From assembly GCF_030028105.1 (NCBI RefSeq), contig NC_092374.1:178460057-178524056 (forward strand): a DNA stretch of 64,000 nucleotides, written 5' to 3'. Source of the stretch: Mobula birostris (lineage: Eukaryota). Below the pieces are notes generated by a model. The model did no database searches. It saw nothing but the letters and a program-made list of their open reading frames with translations, and was not told the origin of the DNA. Position numbers and translations under genes: made by a program. Positions 50,647 through 62,110 of the stretch are shown in pieces. Position 1 is the first letter of the stretch, and each line of letters opens with the position of its first letter.

Positions 50647-52477
50647 CATAGAACCATAGAACCATAAAAACTACAGCACAGAAACAGGCCTTTTGGCCCT
50701 TCTTGGCTGTGCCGAACCATTTTCTGCCTAGTCCCACTGACCATATCCCTCCATACACCTCCCATCCATGTATCTGTCCAATTTATTCTTAAATGTTAAA
50801 AAAGAACCCGCATTTACCACCTCGTCTGGCAGCTCATTCCATACTCCCACCACTCTCTGTGTGAAGAAGCCCCCACTAATGTTCCCTTTAAACATTTCCC
50901 CCCTCACCCTTAACCCATGTCCTCTGGTTTTTTTCTCCCCTTGCCTCAGTAGAAAAAGCCTGCTTGCATTCACTCTATCTATACCCATCATAATTTTATA
51001 TACCTCTATCAAATCTCCCCTCATTCTTCTACGCTCCAGGAAATAAAGTCCTAACCTATTCAACCTTTCTCTGTAACTGAGTTTCTCAAGTCCCAGCAAC
51101 ATCCTTGTAAACCTTCTCTGCACTCTTTCAACCTTATTTATATCCTTCCTGAATTTTGGTGACCAAAACTGAACACAATACTCCAGATTCGGCCTCACCA
51201 ATGCCTTATACAACCTCATCATAACATTCCAGCTCTTATACTCAATACTTTGATTAATAAAGCCCAATGTACCAAAAGCTCTCTTTACGACCCTATGACG
51301 CCACTTTTAGGGATTTTTGTATCTGTATTCCCAGATCCCTCTGTTCTACTGCACTCCTCAGTGCCTTACCATTAACCCTGTATGTTCTACATTGGTTTGT
51401 CCTTCCAACGTGCAATACCTCACACTTGTCAGTATTAAACTCCATCTGCCATTTTTCAGCCCATTTTTCCAGATGGTCCAAGCCCCTCTGCAGGCTCTGA
51501 AAACCTTCCTCACTGTCTACTACACCTCCAATCTTTGTATCATCAGCAAACTTGCTGATCCAATTTACCACATTATCATCCAGATCATTGATATAGATGA
51601 CAAATAACAATGGACCCAGCACTGATCCCTGTGGCACACCACTAGTCACAGGCCTCCACTCAGAGAAGCAATTCTCTACCACCACTCTCTGGCTTCTTCC
51701 ATCGAGCCAATGTCTAATCCAATGTACCACCTCTCTATGTAAACCTAGCGACTGAATTTTCCTAACTAACCTCCCATGTGGGACCTTGTCAAAGGCCTTA
51801 CTGAAGTCCATGTAGACAATATCCACTGCCTTCCCTTCATCCACTTTCCTGGTAACCTCCTTGAAAAACTCCAACAGATTGGTCAAACATGACCTACCAC
51901 GCACAAAGCCATGTTGACTCTCCCTAATAAGTCCCTGTCTATCCAAATGCTTGTAGATTCTGTCTCTTAGCACTCCCTCCAATAACTTACCTACTACTGA
52001 CGTTAAACTCACCGGCCTATAATTTCCCGGATTACTTTTCGATCCTTTTTTAAACAACGGAACAACATGAGCCACTCTCCAATCCTCCGGCACTTCACCC
52101 GTAGACAGCGTCATTTTAAATATTTCTGCCAGGGCCCCCGCAATTTCAACACTAGTCTCCTTCAAGGTCCGAGGGAACACTCTGTCAGGTCCCGGGGACT
52201 TATCCACTTTAATTTTCCTCAAGACAGCAAGCACCTCCTCCTTTTCAATCTGTACAGTTTCCATGGTCTCACTACTTGACTCCCTCAATTCCATAGATTT
52301 CATGCCAGTTTCCTTAGTAAATACAGACGCAAAAAACCTATTTAAGATCTCCCATATTTCCTTTGGCTCAGCACAAAGCCGACCACTCTGATCTTCAAGA
52401 GGACCAATTTTATCCCTTACAATCCTCTTGCTCTTAATATACTTGTAAAAGCTCTTTGGATTATCCTTCACTTTGAC
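50647..52477 (-). mobile_element. Relatively intact 5'-truncated CR1 ORF2 (RT) nested in the solo LTR
   Basis: ORFs 51293-52471 (392 aa; YMDFSKAFDKVPH, GVPQGSVLGP, KFADDTK) and 50728-51267, separated by one frameshift; (CATAGAAC)n tail. Confidence 0.93.
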
Positions 52478-54499
52478 ATTGGCACACCGTACCTTTGATG
52501 ACTTTGCAGACGCTCCCGCACCGAACGGCTGAAAGCCGGAGACTATAAACTACCGGTTCAGCCGAATGTTAATTGCCTCTAATCGCCAAAGTTGAGGGAC
52601 ACGGGAAAACAGGGAATCAACGGTTCGGATCGTAACATAAACAAGGTAAATTTAAAGGGACCCCGATCCCGACCATGACAGGACTCTGCTTGGTTGGACC
52701 AAGTCAGGTCATTTGTGATACTGACCCCAAGGAACTTAGAGCTTTTGACCTGTTCCACTTGCACACCACTGATGTAAATTAGGTCGTGCGGTCCGCTACT
52801 CCTTCTGAAGTCAACAACCAATTCCCTCATCTTGTTGACGTTGAGGGATAGGTTATTGTCTTCGCACCATGCCACCAGGTTCTGAATTTCCTCTCTGTAC
52901 TCAAACTCATCATTACCCGAGATATGGCCTACAATTGTTGTATCATTGAATTTGATGGAAACTTGGCTACACAATCATGGGTGTACAGTGAGTACAGCAG
53001 GGGGCTGAGTCCACAGCCTTGTGGGGCACCGGTGCTCAGAGTGATTGTAGAGGAGAGCTTGTCCCCTATTTTTATAGCCTGGGTCCTGTCTGTGAGGAAG
53101 TTGAAGATCTAGCTGCAGATCTGAGTGCTAAGGCCCAGGTTCCGGAGCTTAGGAATCAGTTTATTTGGAATGATGGTATTAAAGGCAGAGCTGTAGTCAA
53201 TGAAAAGGAGCCTTACGTATGCATCTTTATTCTCTAGGTGTTCTAAGGAGGAACGTAGGGCCAGAGAGATGGCATCTGCCATTGACTTGTTGCTCCAGTA
53301 GGCGAATTGTGAAGTGTCGAGGTTTACGTGTAGGCTGTGGTTAATGTGTGTCATAGCCAATCGCTCGAAGCACTTCATAGCGATTGATGTCAGAGCCACA
53401 GCTCGATAGTCATTCAGGCATGCTACCTTGCTCTTCTTCGGCACCGGGATTATCATTGCCTTCTTAAAACACAAGGGGATCTTAGACTGAAGCAAGGAGC
53501 AGTTGAAGATGTCAGCAAACACTCCAGCTAGCTCGCTTGCACAGGCCCGGAGAACCCGTTCCGGGACGCCATCTGGGCCCATCGCCTTCCTTAGATTTAT
53601 CTTCAGGAAGGCCCTTCAAACGTCCTCCTCAATGACAATGAATCTTGACACCACCAGGTCCAGTTCATCCAAAGGGAACGGGATGCTCCTCTTCTGTTCG
53701 AATCTTGCGTAGAATACGTTAAGTTCCTCAGGAAGAGAAGTACCACAGTTATTGATATTCCCAGCCTTTTCTTTGTGCCCAGTGATCTCATTTAGACCCT
53801 GACATTGTCCACTGGCATCCCTCTGGTTAGTGAGGTAGTGTTCATGGGTTGATTCAAGGTCCATTCAGAAATCTGATGGCAGAGGGGAAGAAACTGTTCC
53901 TAAAATGTGTATGTTTGTCTTAAACCTCCTCCATGATGGTAGCAATGAGAAGAGGGCATGTTCCTCTCCTGTCACGCATCCTCTCCTGGATCCACCTATC
54001 ATTTGCCACTTCTTCCCACCTCTTTAAACTGATTATCATCTCTCTAACTTTCAATAAAGATGAAGGGTCTCTGCCCTAAATATTGACTGTTCATTTTCCC
54101 CCTCAGATGCTGCCTGGTTGCTGAGTTCTTCCAGCATTGTTTCTTCCTGTTTACCTCATCTCTTTGATTCTGTTTGTGCTGCTTCCTGTTCTCAGATCAC
54201 CGCTCAGCAATAGCTAGAATGTGGGTAAACCTGTTAGACTAGTGGAGGGGTTCTCAAAAAACAATTTTAATGTCAGGGAATAATGGCTAAAAACACACAT
54301 ACAGTGTGAACTAAGGAACTCGGGAGGTCAGGCAGCATTTATGGAAGGAAGTGAGCAGTCAAAATTTCTGGTCAAGACACTTTTCTTCCTCTCTTGCCTT
54401 CTCCATCTGCCTATATTCCTCCTTACTGTTACGCACTACTGTCTGCCCGCTCTTGCTCCACCCTGCACCACCCAGTTACAAAATTAGAACTGTTTAAAT

Positions 54500-55570
54500 G
54501 TCATTACCTTATATGTTGTGAAATGGGCTTTCCCTTCCCCTATCATGGATGCTGATCTCACCCACATCTCCAACATTTCCCAGGCATCAGCACTCACCCC
54601 ATCTCCCACTGCCATAACACGGGTAGAGTTCCCCTTGTCCTCACTGACCACCCATGAGCCTCCATATCTGACACATCATTCTCTCCAACGTCTGCCATCT
54701 TCAATGGGACCCTGCTATCAAACACGCTTTACCTTACCACCTCTCCACTGTCTGCAGGAATTTCTACCTCCATGATTCCTTTGTCCATTCATTCTTCCTC
54801 ATAAATCTCCCTCTTGGCACTTATCCTGCAAGTGGCAGAAGTTCTGTACTTGTCCATTCACCTCCTCCCTCACCTCCATTCAGGACCCCAAACAGTCCTT
54901 CCAACTGAGGCAACACTTCACTTGTGAATCTATTGGGGCCACGTATTGTATCCGGTGCTCCTAGTGTAGCAGCCTCTACATTGGTGAGCCCTGACGCAGA
55001 TCATGGGTCCTCTTTATGAAGCAGGTCCATCAGCAAAACGCAGAATTTCCCAGTAGCCAACCATTTCAATTCCTATCCCCATTCCTGCTCTAATGTTGGT
55101 CCACGGCCTCCTCTCCTGCCACTCTGGGTCCTCTCTCAAGTTGGAGGAGCAACACCTCGTATTTCGTCTAGGTAGCCTCCAGTCTGATGGCATGAACATC
55201 AATTTCTCCAACTTCCGGTATTTGTTTTCTCTGTCCCTTCCCTTTTCCTCATTTCCCCAATCTGGTCTCTTTTCCTCCTCACCTGGTACCCTCCTCCTTC
55301 CTTTTCTCCTATGACCCACTCTTTTCTATCAGATTCCTTCTTCCCCAGCCCTTCACGGTTTCCACTCATCACCCCCCAGCTTCTCACCTTACCCCTCCCG
55401 CACCCACCTGGAATACAACCTTCTAGCTGGTCCTCCTCCCCTTCCCCCCACCTTCTTATTCTGGTTTCATCCCCCATCCTTCTCAGCCCTGATGAAGGAT
55501 TTTGGCCGAAATGTCGACAGTTTAATCATTTCCATACATGCTGTCTGACCTTCGGAGTTCCTCCAGCAGT
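54500..55570 (+). mobile_element. Penelope-like element 3' part with a GIY-YIG remnant
   Basis: Decayed HFTCES...YCIRCS.CS.LYIGE motif at ~54910-54990 and the family 3' end. Confidence 0.72.
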
Positions 55571-55899
55571 TTTTGTGTGCTGTTGTGAAATTTCTTGCTT
55601 TGTGGCTAAGACCTAAAGATTGCTGTGAGTTACAGAATATATAAGTAGAGCAAAAAAAGGAATAATGAGGTAGTATTCATGGATTCATGTAACATTCATT
55701 AATCTTAATCCAGAAGTGAAGAAGCTGTTCCTGCATCACAGAGTGTGGGTCGTGGGCCTCCTAAAACATTGGAGCACCCATTGCTGGAATGAACACTGTT
55801 AGAGAGTTAAAGGGGGAATGGGAACGAGAGTGCCAAAACAGATAGTGGAGAGGTTGAGGAGACAGATTTTGTTAAGACCTCAGACTGAGCCAGGAATCA

Positions 55900-57460
55900 A
55901 AAGATTGAGCATGGTGCAACTAATGTCCTCAACTCCGTATATTCAATTCAAGAAGAATATTCCTTGCGACCTGCAGCCTGGTCATCTTGGAGGCTGAAAT
56001 ACACAAATGTTTCCAATGAGTGGGCAGTCGCAAGGCTTCGAGACCAGATGGCCTCCCTGGCCGGGTACTCAGAGTGTGCTCGGCACAACTGGCTGGTGTG
56101 CTTACAGACATTTTTAATCTCTCCCTCGCGCAGTGTAGAGTGTCCTCCTGCTTCAAAACATCCACTGTTGTTCCTGTACCGAAAAAGCCCAAGGTAACAT
56201 GTCTGAACGACTGGCGTCCTGTAGTAATAAGCAAATGCTTTGAAAGGCTGCTCAAGGACTGCATCTGCAGTTTGCTACCACGTAAACTGGACCACCTACA
56301 ATTTGTCTACCGACTCAACTGATTGACAGACGATTAGCCACAGCTCTTCACACCAGGAAAAGAGGGATGCTTATGTGAGCATGCTGTTCTTGGTCTACAG
56401 TTCAGCATTCAACACCATAATTCCCTCCAGGCTCGACAGGAAGCTCAGAGACCTCAGCCTTCACCCTACTTTGTGTAGCTGGATCCTGGACTTCCTGTCA
56501 GATCATTGGTAGTTTGTAAGAGTGGGCTCCTTCACCTCTGCCCCTCAACCCAAATGCCCCTCAGGGCTGTGTCTTAAGCCCCCTCCTTTACTCTCTGTAT
56601 ACCCATGACTGTGTCACTACCCACAGCTCCAATCTGCTGATTAAATTTGCTGACCACACTACAGTGATTGGCCTTATCTCAAATAACAATGAGGCAGCCT
56701 ACAGAGAGGAAGTCATCACCCTGGCACAGTGATGTCAAGAAAACAACTTCTCCCTCAATGTCGCAAAAACAAAGGAGCAGGTTGTGGATTACAGGAGGAA
56801 TGGAGACAGGCTAACCCCTATAGACATCAATGGATCTGGGATTGAGAAGGTGAACAGCTTTAAGTTCTTCGGCATCCACATCACCGAGGATTTCATGTGG
56901 TCTGTACACGCCAGCTGTGTGGTGAAAAAGGCACAACAGTGCCTCTTTCACCTCAGATGGTTGAAGAAGTCTAGTATGGGCCCCCAGATCCTAAGAACTT
57001 TCTACGGGGGCACAATTGAGAGCATCCTGACTGGCTGTATCACTGCCTGGTCTGGGAAGTGTACTTCCCTCAATCGCAGGACTCAGCAGAGAGTGGTGTG
57101 GACAGCCCAGCGCATCTGTCGATGTGAACTTCCCACTATTCAGGACATTTACAAAGACAGGTGTGTAAAAAGGGCTGGGATCATTGGGGACCCGAGTCAC
57201 CCCAACTGCAATCTGTTCCAGCTGCTACCATCCAGGAAATGGTACCGCAGCATAAAAGCCAGGACCAACAGGCTCCGGGACAGCTTCTTCCACCAGGCCA
57301 TCAGATTGATTAATTCATGCTGATACAAGTATAGTTCTATGTTATATTGACTGTCCTGTTGTTCATACCATTTGTTATAAATTACTATAAATTGCACATT
57401 CTACACTTAGACAGAGACGTAACGTTTTTACTCCTCAGGTATATGAAGGATGTAAGAAAT
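55900..57460 (+). mobile_element. Rex1/Babar-like LINE RT and 3' end
   Basis: [23 protein letters not shown]...CFERL (56020-56322) and the 56784-57323 C-terminal fragment. Confidence 0.85.
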
Positions 57461-59466
57461 AAGGCCAATTTAATTCATAAGAAAGGCAGATGAGCTCGGA
57501 GCATGGATAAGATATTGTATAAATCAGTGAGACATTAGTTGCGGGAGGGTCATGACAGGCAGCTCAATGTTCTGGAGTTCTGCTGTTTCAGATGCGACAG
57601 TGCAGGGGGAATTAAAGGGGGAGGAGTGGCATTAATAGTCAGGGAAAATGTCACATCAGTGCTCAGTCCGGACAGACTGGAGGACTCATCTAGTGAGGCT
57701 TTATGGGTGGAACTGAGTAATATGAAAGGTGTTTGTGTTAATGTGGCTATATTATAGACCACCCAACGGACTATGGGATTTAGAGGAATAAATTTGCAGA
57801 GAGATCGCAGACTGTTGCAAGAAACATTAAGTCGTTATAGTAGGTGATTTCAACTTTTCATAGAGTTTATCAAATGTGTTCAGGAAAGTTTCCTTAATCA
57901 GTACACAGAAGTCCAATGAGAGAGTGTACAATACTTGATCTGCCTTTAGGGAATGAGACAGGGCAGGTGACAGAAGTTTGTGTAGGAAAAAGCTTTGCAC
58001 CTAGTGCTCATAATGGCATTAGTTTCAAAATAAATATGCAGAAAGATAGGTCTGGTCCGCAGGTTGTGATTGGAGAAAGGCCAATTTTGATGGTATCAGA
58101 AAGGATCTGGCAAGTGGGAACTGGGACAGTCTGTTTTCTGGCAAAGGTGTACTTGGCAAATGGGAAATCTTCAAAAGTGAAATTTTGAAGTCCAAACAAG
58201 AGAAACTTCTGTCAGGTCTCCCTTCAGCCTTTGATAATCCAGAGAAAACAGCCCTAGTTTATCCAAACCCTTCTTATAGCTCATGCACTCTAATCCGACA
58301 GTGTCCTGGTGAACCTGTTCTGCACCCTCTCCAAAGCCTCCACAACTCTCTTGTAATTTACTCACAGAATAAATGAACACTGATGACGTGTCATAGACAC
58401 TCCCTTGTTTCTAGAGCTGTGGATCTCCACAACTCCAATCAGGTCTGGCAGTGCATTCAGAATCAGGTTTTATATCACTGGCATATATGTTGTGGAATTT
58501 GTCATTGTGGCAGCAGTTCAATGCAATATATAGTAAACACAAACTATAAATTACAATAATAAATATATATAAAAAGTTAGATTAAATAAGTGGTCAAAAA
58601 GAGAGCCAAAAAAAGGGGAGAAATATAATAAGAGAGTGTACATGGGTCATTGTCCATTCAGAAATCTGATGGCAGAGGGGAAGAATCTGTTCCTGAAACA
58701 TTTAAGTGTGTGTCTTCAGGCTGCTGTACCGCCTCCACGATAGTAGCAATGAGAAGAGGGCATGTCCTGGGTGATGGGGTCCTTTTTGATAGATGCCAGC
58801 TTTTTGAGGCATTGTGCTTTGAAGATGTCCTTGATGCTGGGGAGGCTAGTGCCCCTGCTGGAGCTGGCTCGATTTGCAACTTGCTGCGGCTTTTGCTGAT
58901 CCTGTGCAATGGCACCACCATATCAGACAGTGATGCAACCAGAGGCTGAATGTGTACCGCTACCAGGATGACAGCAGAAAACACCCTCATAAATAAAGCG
59001 TACAAAATTTGACCACTAGATGTTCCATGTTGGGTGAGCAGGTTTGAGACGAGACTGCCATGTTTGTGCAGCACAATGAAAAGTCTCAGCTATTCTGTCC
59101 TTGTGGTGAATAGTGAAGCCCACAGGTAGGATGAACCATACTTCCATGAAGCAAAGTACACAGAAGACCCTGATGTCCCTCTGGTACTGCAATTTTGCTG
59201 TGAGGTCTTCATTTTATTTTCCAGAGATCATACATTCACCAGTAGGATAGGTGGAAGTAGGAGTCTAAGGGCTCCATATTTTAATCATACCTGCAGACCT
59301 TCCTGTTTTAAGAACAGGTTCATCCCCCCTGCCATCAGATTGCTGAAAAGTTCATGAACGAATGAACATCTCACTAATTGTCTTTTTGCTGTTTATTCAG
59401 TTCATTCCTCATGTATAATAACTTTTTATGTGTCCCACTGCACTGCTGTAACAAAACAAGAAATTA

Positions 59467-59712
59467 CACACAGTGGCTATGTTATTAGGTACACTTGTAC
59501 ACCTGCTCATTAGTGCAAAGATCTAATTAGCCAATCATGTGACAGCAAAAGCATGCAGACATGGTCAAGAGGTTCAGTTGTTCAGACAAAACATCGTAAC
59601 AGGAAAGAAATGATCTTAGTGACTGTGACTGGAATTGTTGGTGCCACATGGTGTGGTTTGGGTGGAACCACATTTAACTCTTTCCTTACACTAATTAAGT
59701 GGCCACCTAGTG
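59467..59712. mobile_element. Tc1/mariner-type MITE (~245 bp)
   Basis: Imperfect TIRs cacacagtggctatgttattaggtac / reverse complement cactaggtggccacttaattagtg, flanked by TA on both sides. Confidence 0.7.
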
Positions 59713-60244
59713 TATAACGGCGATAATGAACCCGATCCTAATTCTGATCCTAAAAAACAAAGTCCTGCTGCATTTCCTCATGACTCGAGCTATTGGTTCC
59801 AGTTCAAACTAACACCATGGAATTAGTGGGGGCAACGTGAAACGTGCGGGAGGACGTGGCTGGCAGGGAACTGATCAGATGTTGAATGGCAGATGTTTAG
59901 CCTGACCTACCTTTGCGAGACAGTGTCTGGGCTCCGTACTCAAGATATTTCTTGAGCCACTCGACACAGATGTTCTCTGTGTAATGCTTTTTGTAGAGAT
60001 TGTTGCTATTGTCACTGTTCTACTTGTCCTTCGTGGTGATCGCGATGGTAGAGGTGGTGACCCAGGTGGCGTGCTCAGGGTCAAAGCTGATTAAGTCTTG
60101 GCCATTGAAGGCGAACTGGCGGACCCCGCTCACCGTTTGGTCGTCATTCAGCTGGCAGCTTGACGTGTACTGCAGGTAGTTCAGCCCTGGAGAAGGAGAA
60201 GACATCAAAACCTGGCCTCAGGTCACACCTGCATCTCGTACAAT

Positions 60245-60835
60245 AATGTCGAACTCAGGGGCATGGATCTCCATTCACCATTGTTCCCCATTACACACTC
60301 AATGTCCAATAACCACTTATTGCACACTCATTACCCTCCCACACAGCCATCTACTCACCATTATACTCCCAATCTGCCATCTACTCACCATTACACTCCC
60401 ACAGCCATCCACTCACTGTTACACCATGACATTGCCATATGGCCATATACACATTATTACCAACGTATTACATCCTCACATGGCCATCACTCACCATTAC
60501 CCACACTTTTCACTCTCATACAACCATCCACTCACTATTATATTTTCATATGGCATCCACTCACAACAGTCCCACCCAGCCATTACCCACCCATTACACT
60601 TGAATACAGCCATCTACTCACTTTTACCCACCCTTTAAATACCCAGATTGCAATCACTCATCATTACCCACCTATACACTCCCACACAGCCATCCACTCA
60701 CTATTACATACTCATTACAGTTCTACACACCCATCCGCTCACTATTACACACTCATTACACATATACATAGCTATCACTGATCATTATCCACTTATTACC
60801 TCCAACACAGACGTCAATTCATCACTGCCCTCCCA
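60245..60835. repeat. Degenerate C/A-rich minisatellite in the gene C alpha1-alpha2 intron
   Basis: Recurrent ~29-33-bp unit (cagccatcYactcaccattacactcccaca); gives spurious His/Thr-rich ORFs. Confidence 0.8.
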
Positions 60836-61049
60836 TTAGTCCTAACTTTGCAGTCACAGCCATTCCTCGTTCTGAGTCAGACATCATTCCTATTCATTAC
60901 ATTCCCAACATTACCATCTGCTCACCATTACGTAGCCTGGATCGCACACCCATTGTGCCTGTCCACTTACCATTTCCCGCCATTTTCATGTCACTGTCCT
61001 CTCTCCAATACACCATTGGGTTGCTCTCCCAATATAGTGGTCCGCTCCC

Positions 61050-62110
61050 ATTGAACACTACATGGCACAGAAAAACACCCTTTGGCCCACCTAGTCTATG
61101 CCAAACTATTGTTCTGCATAGCCGCATCGACCTGCACCTACACCTGCACCATAGCCCTCCATAACCATGCCATCCAGGTGTTCATCTGAACTTCTCTGAT
61201 GTTGAAATCAAACCTGATCATTCCACATTCGCAACCACCCATGTTCACCTGAGTACTTCATCTTTCACCTTTAGCCTATGATATCTAGTTCTAGTCTCAC
61301 CCGACCTCAATGGAAGAACACTGCTTATATGTACCCGATCTATAATACTCATAATTTTGTATATTTCTATCAAATCTCTGCTCATACTCCTATGGTCCAG
61401 GGAATAAAGTCCTAACCTGCTCAACAGTTCCTTATCACTTAAGTCCTCAAGTCCCGACAACATCCTTACAAGCTTTCTCTGCTCTCTTTCAACATTATCA
61501 ATATCTTTCTTGTAGGTACAGGAGGTGACCAGAACTGCACACAATCCCCCAAATTTGACCTCACCAATATCCTATACAACTTCAAATAACATCCCCACTC
61601 CTGTTCCCAATACTTGGATTTATGAAATCTGATATGCCAAAATCTCTCTTTATGACCTTACCCACCTGTAACATCACGTTCAAGGAATTATGGATAGGTA
61701 TTAACAATCCCTCTGTACTACCGCACTCATCAGTGCCCTACTGCTCACTGTGTACTGTATGTCCTACCCTAGTTCTCTCAAAGTGCAACACCTCGCATTT
61801 GTCTACATTAAATTTATCTGTCACTTTTCAGCTTTTCCTCCCATCCCTCCATCCGCACCACGGCTGGTCCAAATCCTGCATAAGCTTTGATAGGCTTTCT
61901 CACTGTCCATTATGCTCCCAATCTTGGGGGTCATCTTTAAATTTGCTGATCCAGTTTAACACATCATCATCCAGATCATTAATAAAGATGAAAATCAATG
62001 GATGCAGCACTGACCCTTGCAGCACACCTCTAGTCACAGGCCTCCAGTCAGAGAGGCAAACATCTCTGGCTTCTCTAATGAAGCCAGTGTCACATCCAAT
62101 TTACTATCTC
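61050..62110 (-). mobile_element. Degenerate CR1 RT and 3' end in the gene C intron
   Basis: YKKDIDNVEREQRKLVRML.GL...LGLYSL..R.MSRDLIEIYKIM (61245-61544). Confidence 0.8.

Larger units (their letters stand above)
49385..52680 (-). mobile_element. Long solo LTR (~1.46 kb without the nested CR1) containing tandem repeats
   Basis: TG...CA termini (tgtcac at 49385; catgaca ending 52680), 5-bp TSD GGACT (49380-49384 / 52681-52685), minus-strand AATAAA near 49462-49467. Confidence 0.82.
48745..53860 (-). mobile_element. Rex1/Babar-like LINE split by a solo LTR
   Basis: RT fragments 53109-53582 and 52579-52974 continue into the 3' part 48883-49359 across the GGACT duplication. Confidence 0.82.

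Noticed and set aside
60246-60839. His/Thr-rich ORFs of 130-172 aa
   Set aside because: Translation artefacts of the C/A-rich minisatellite.
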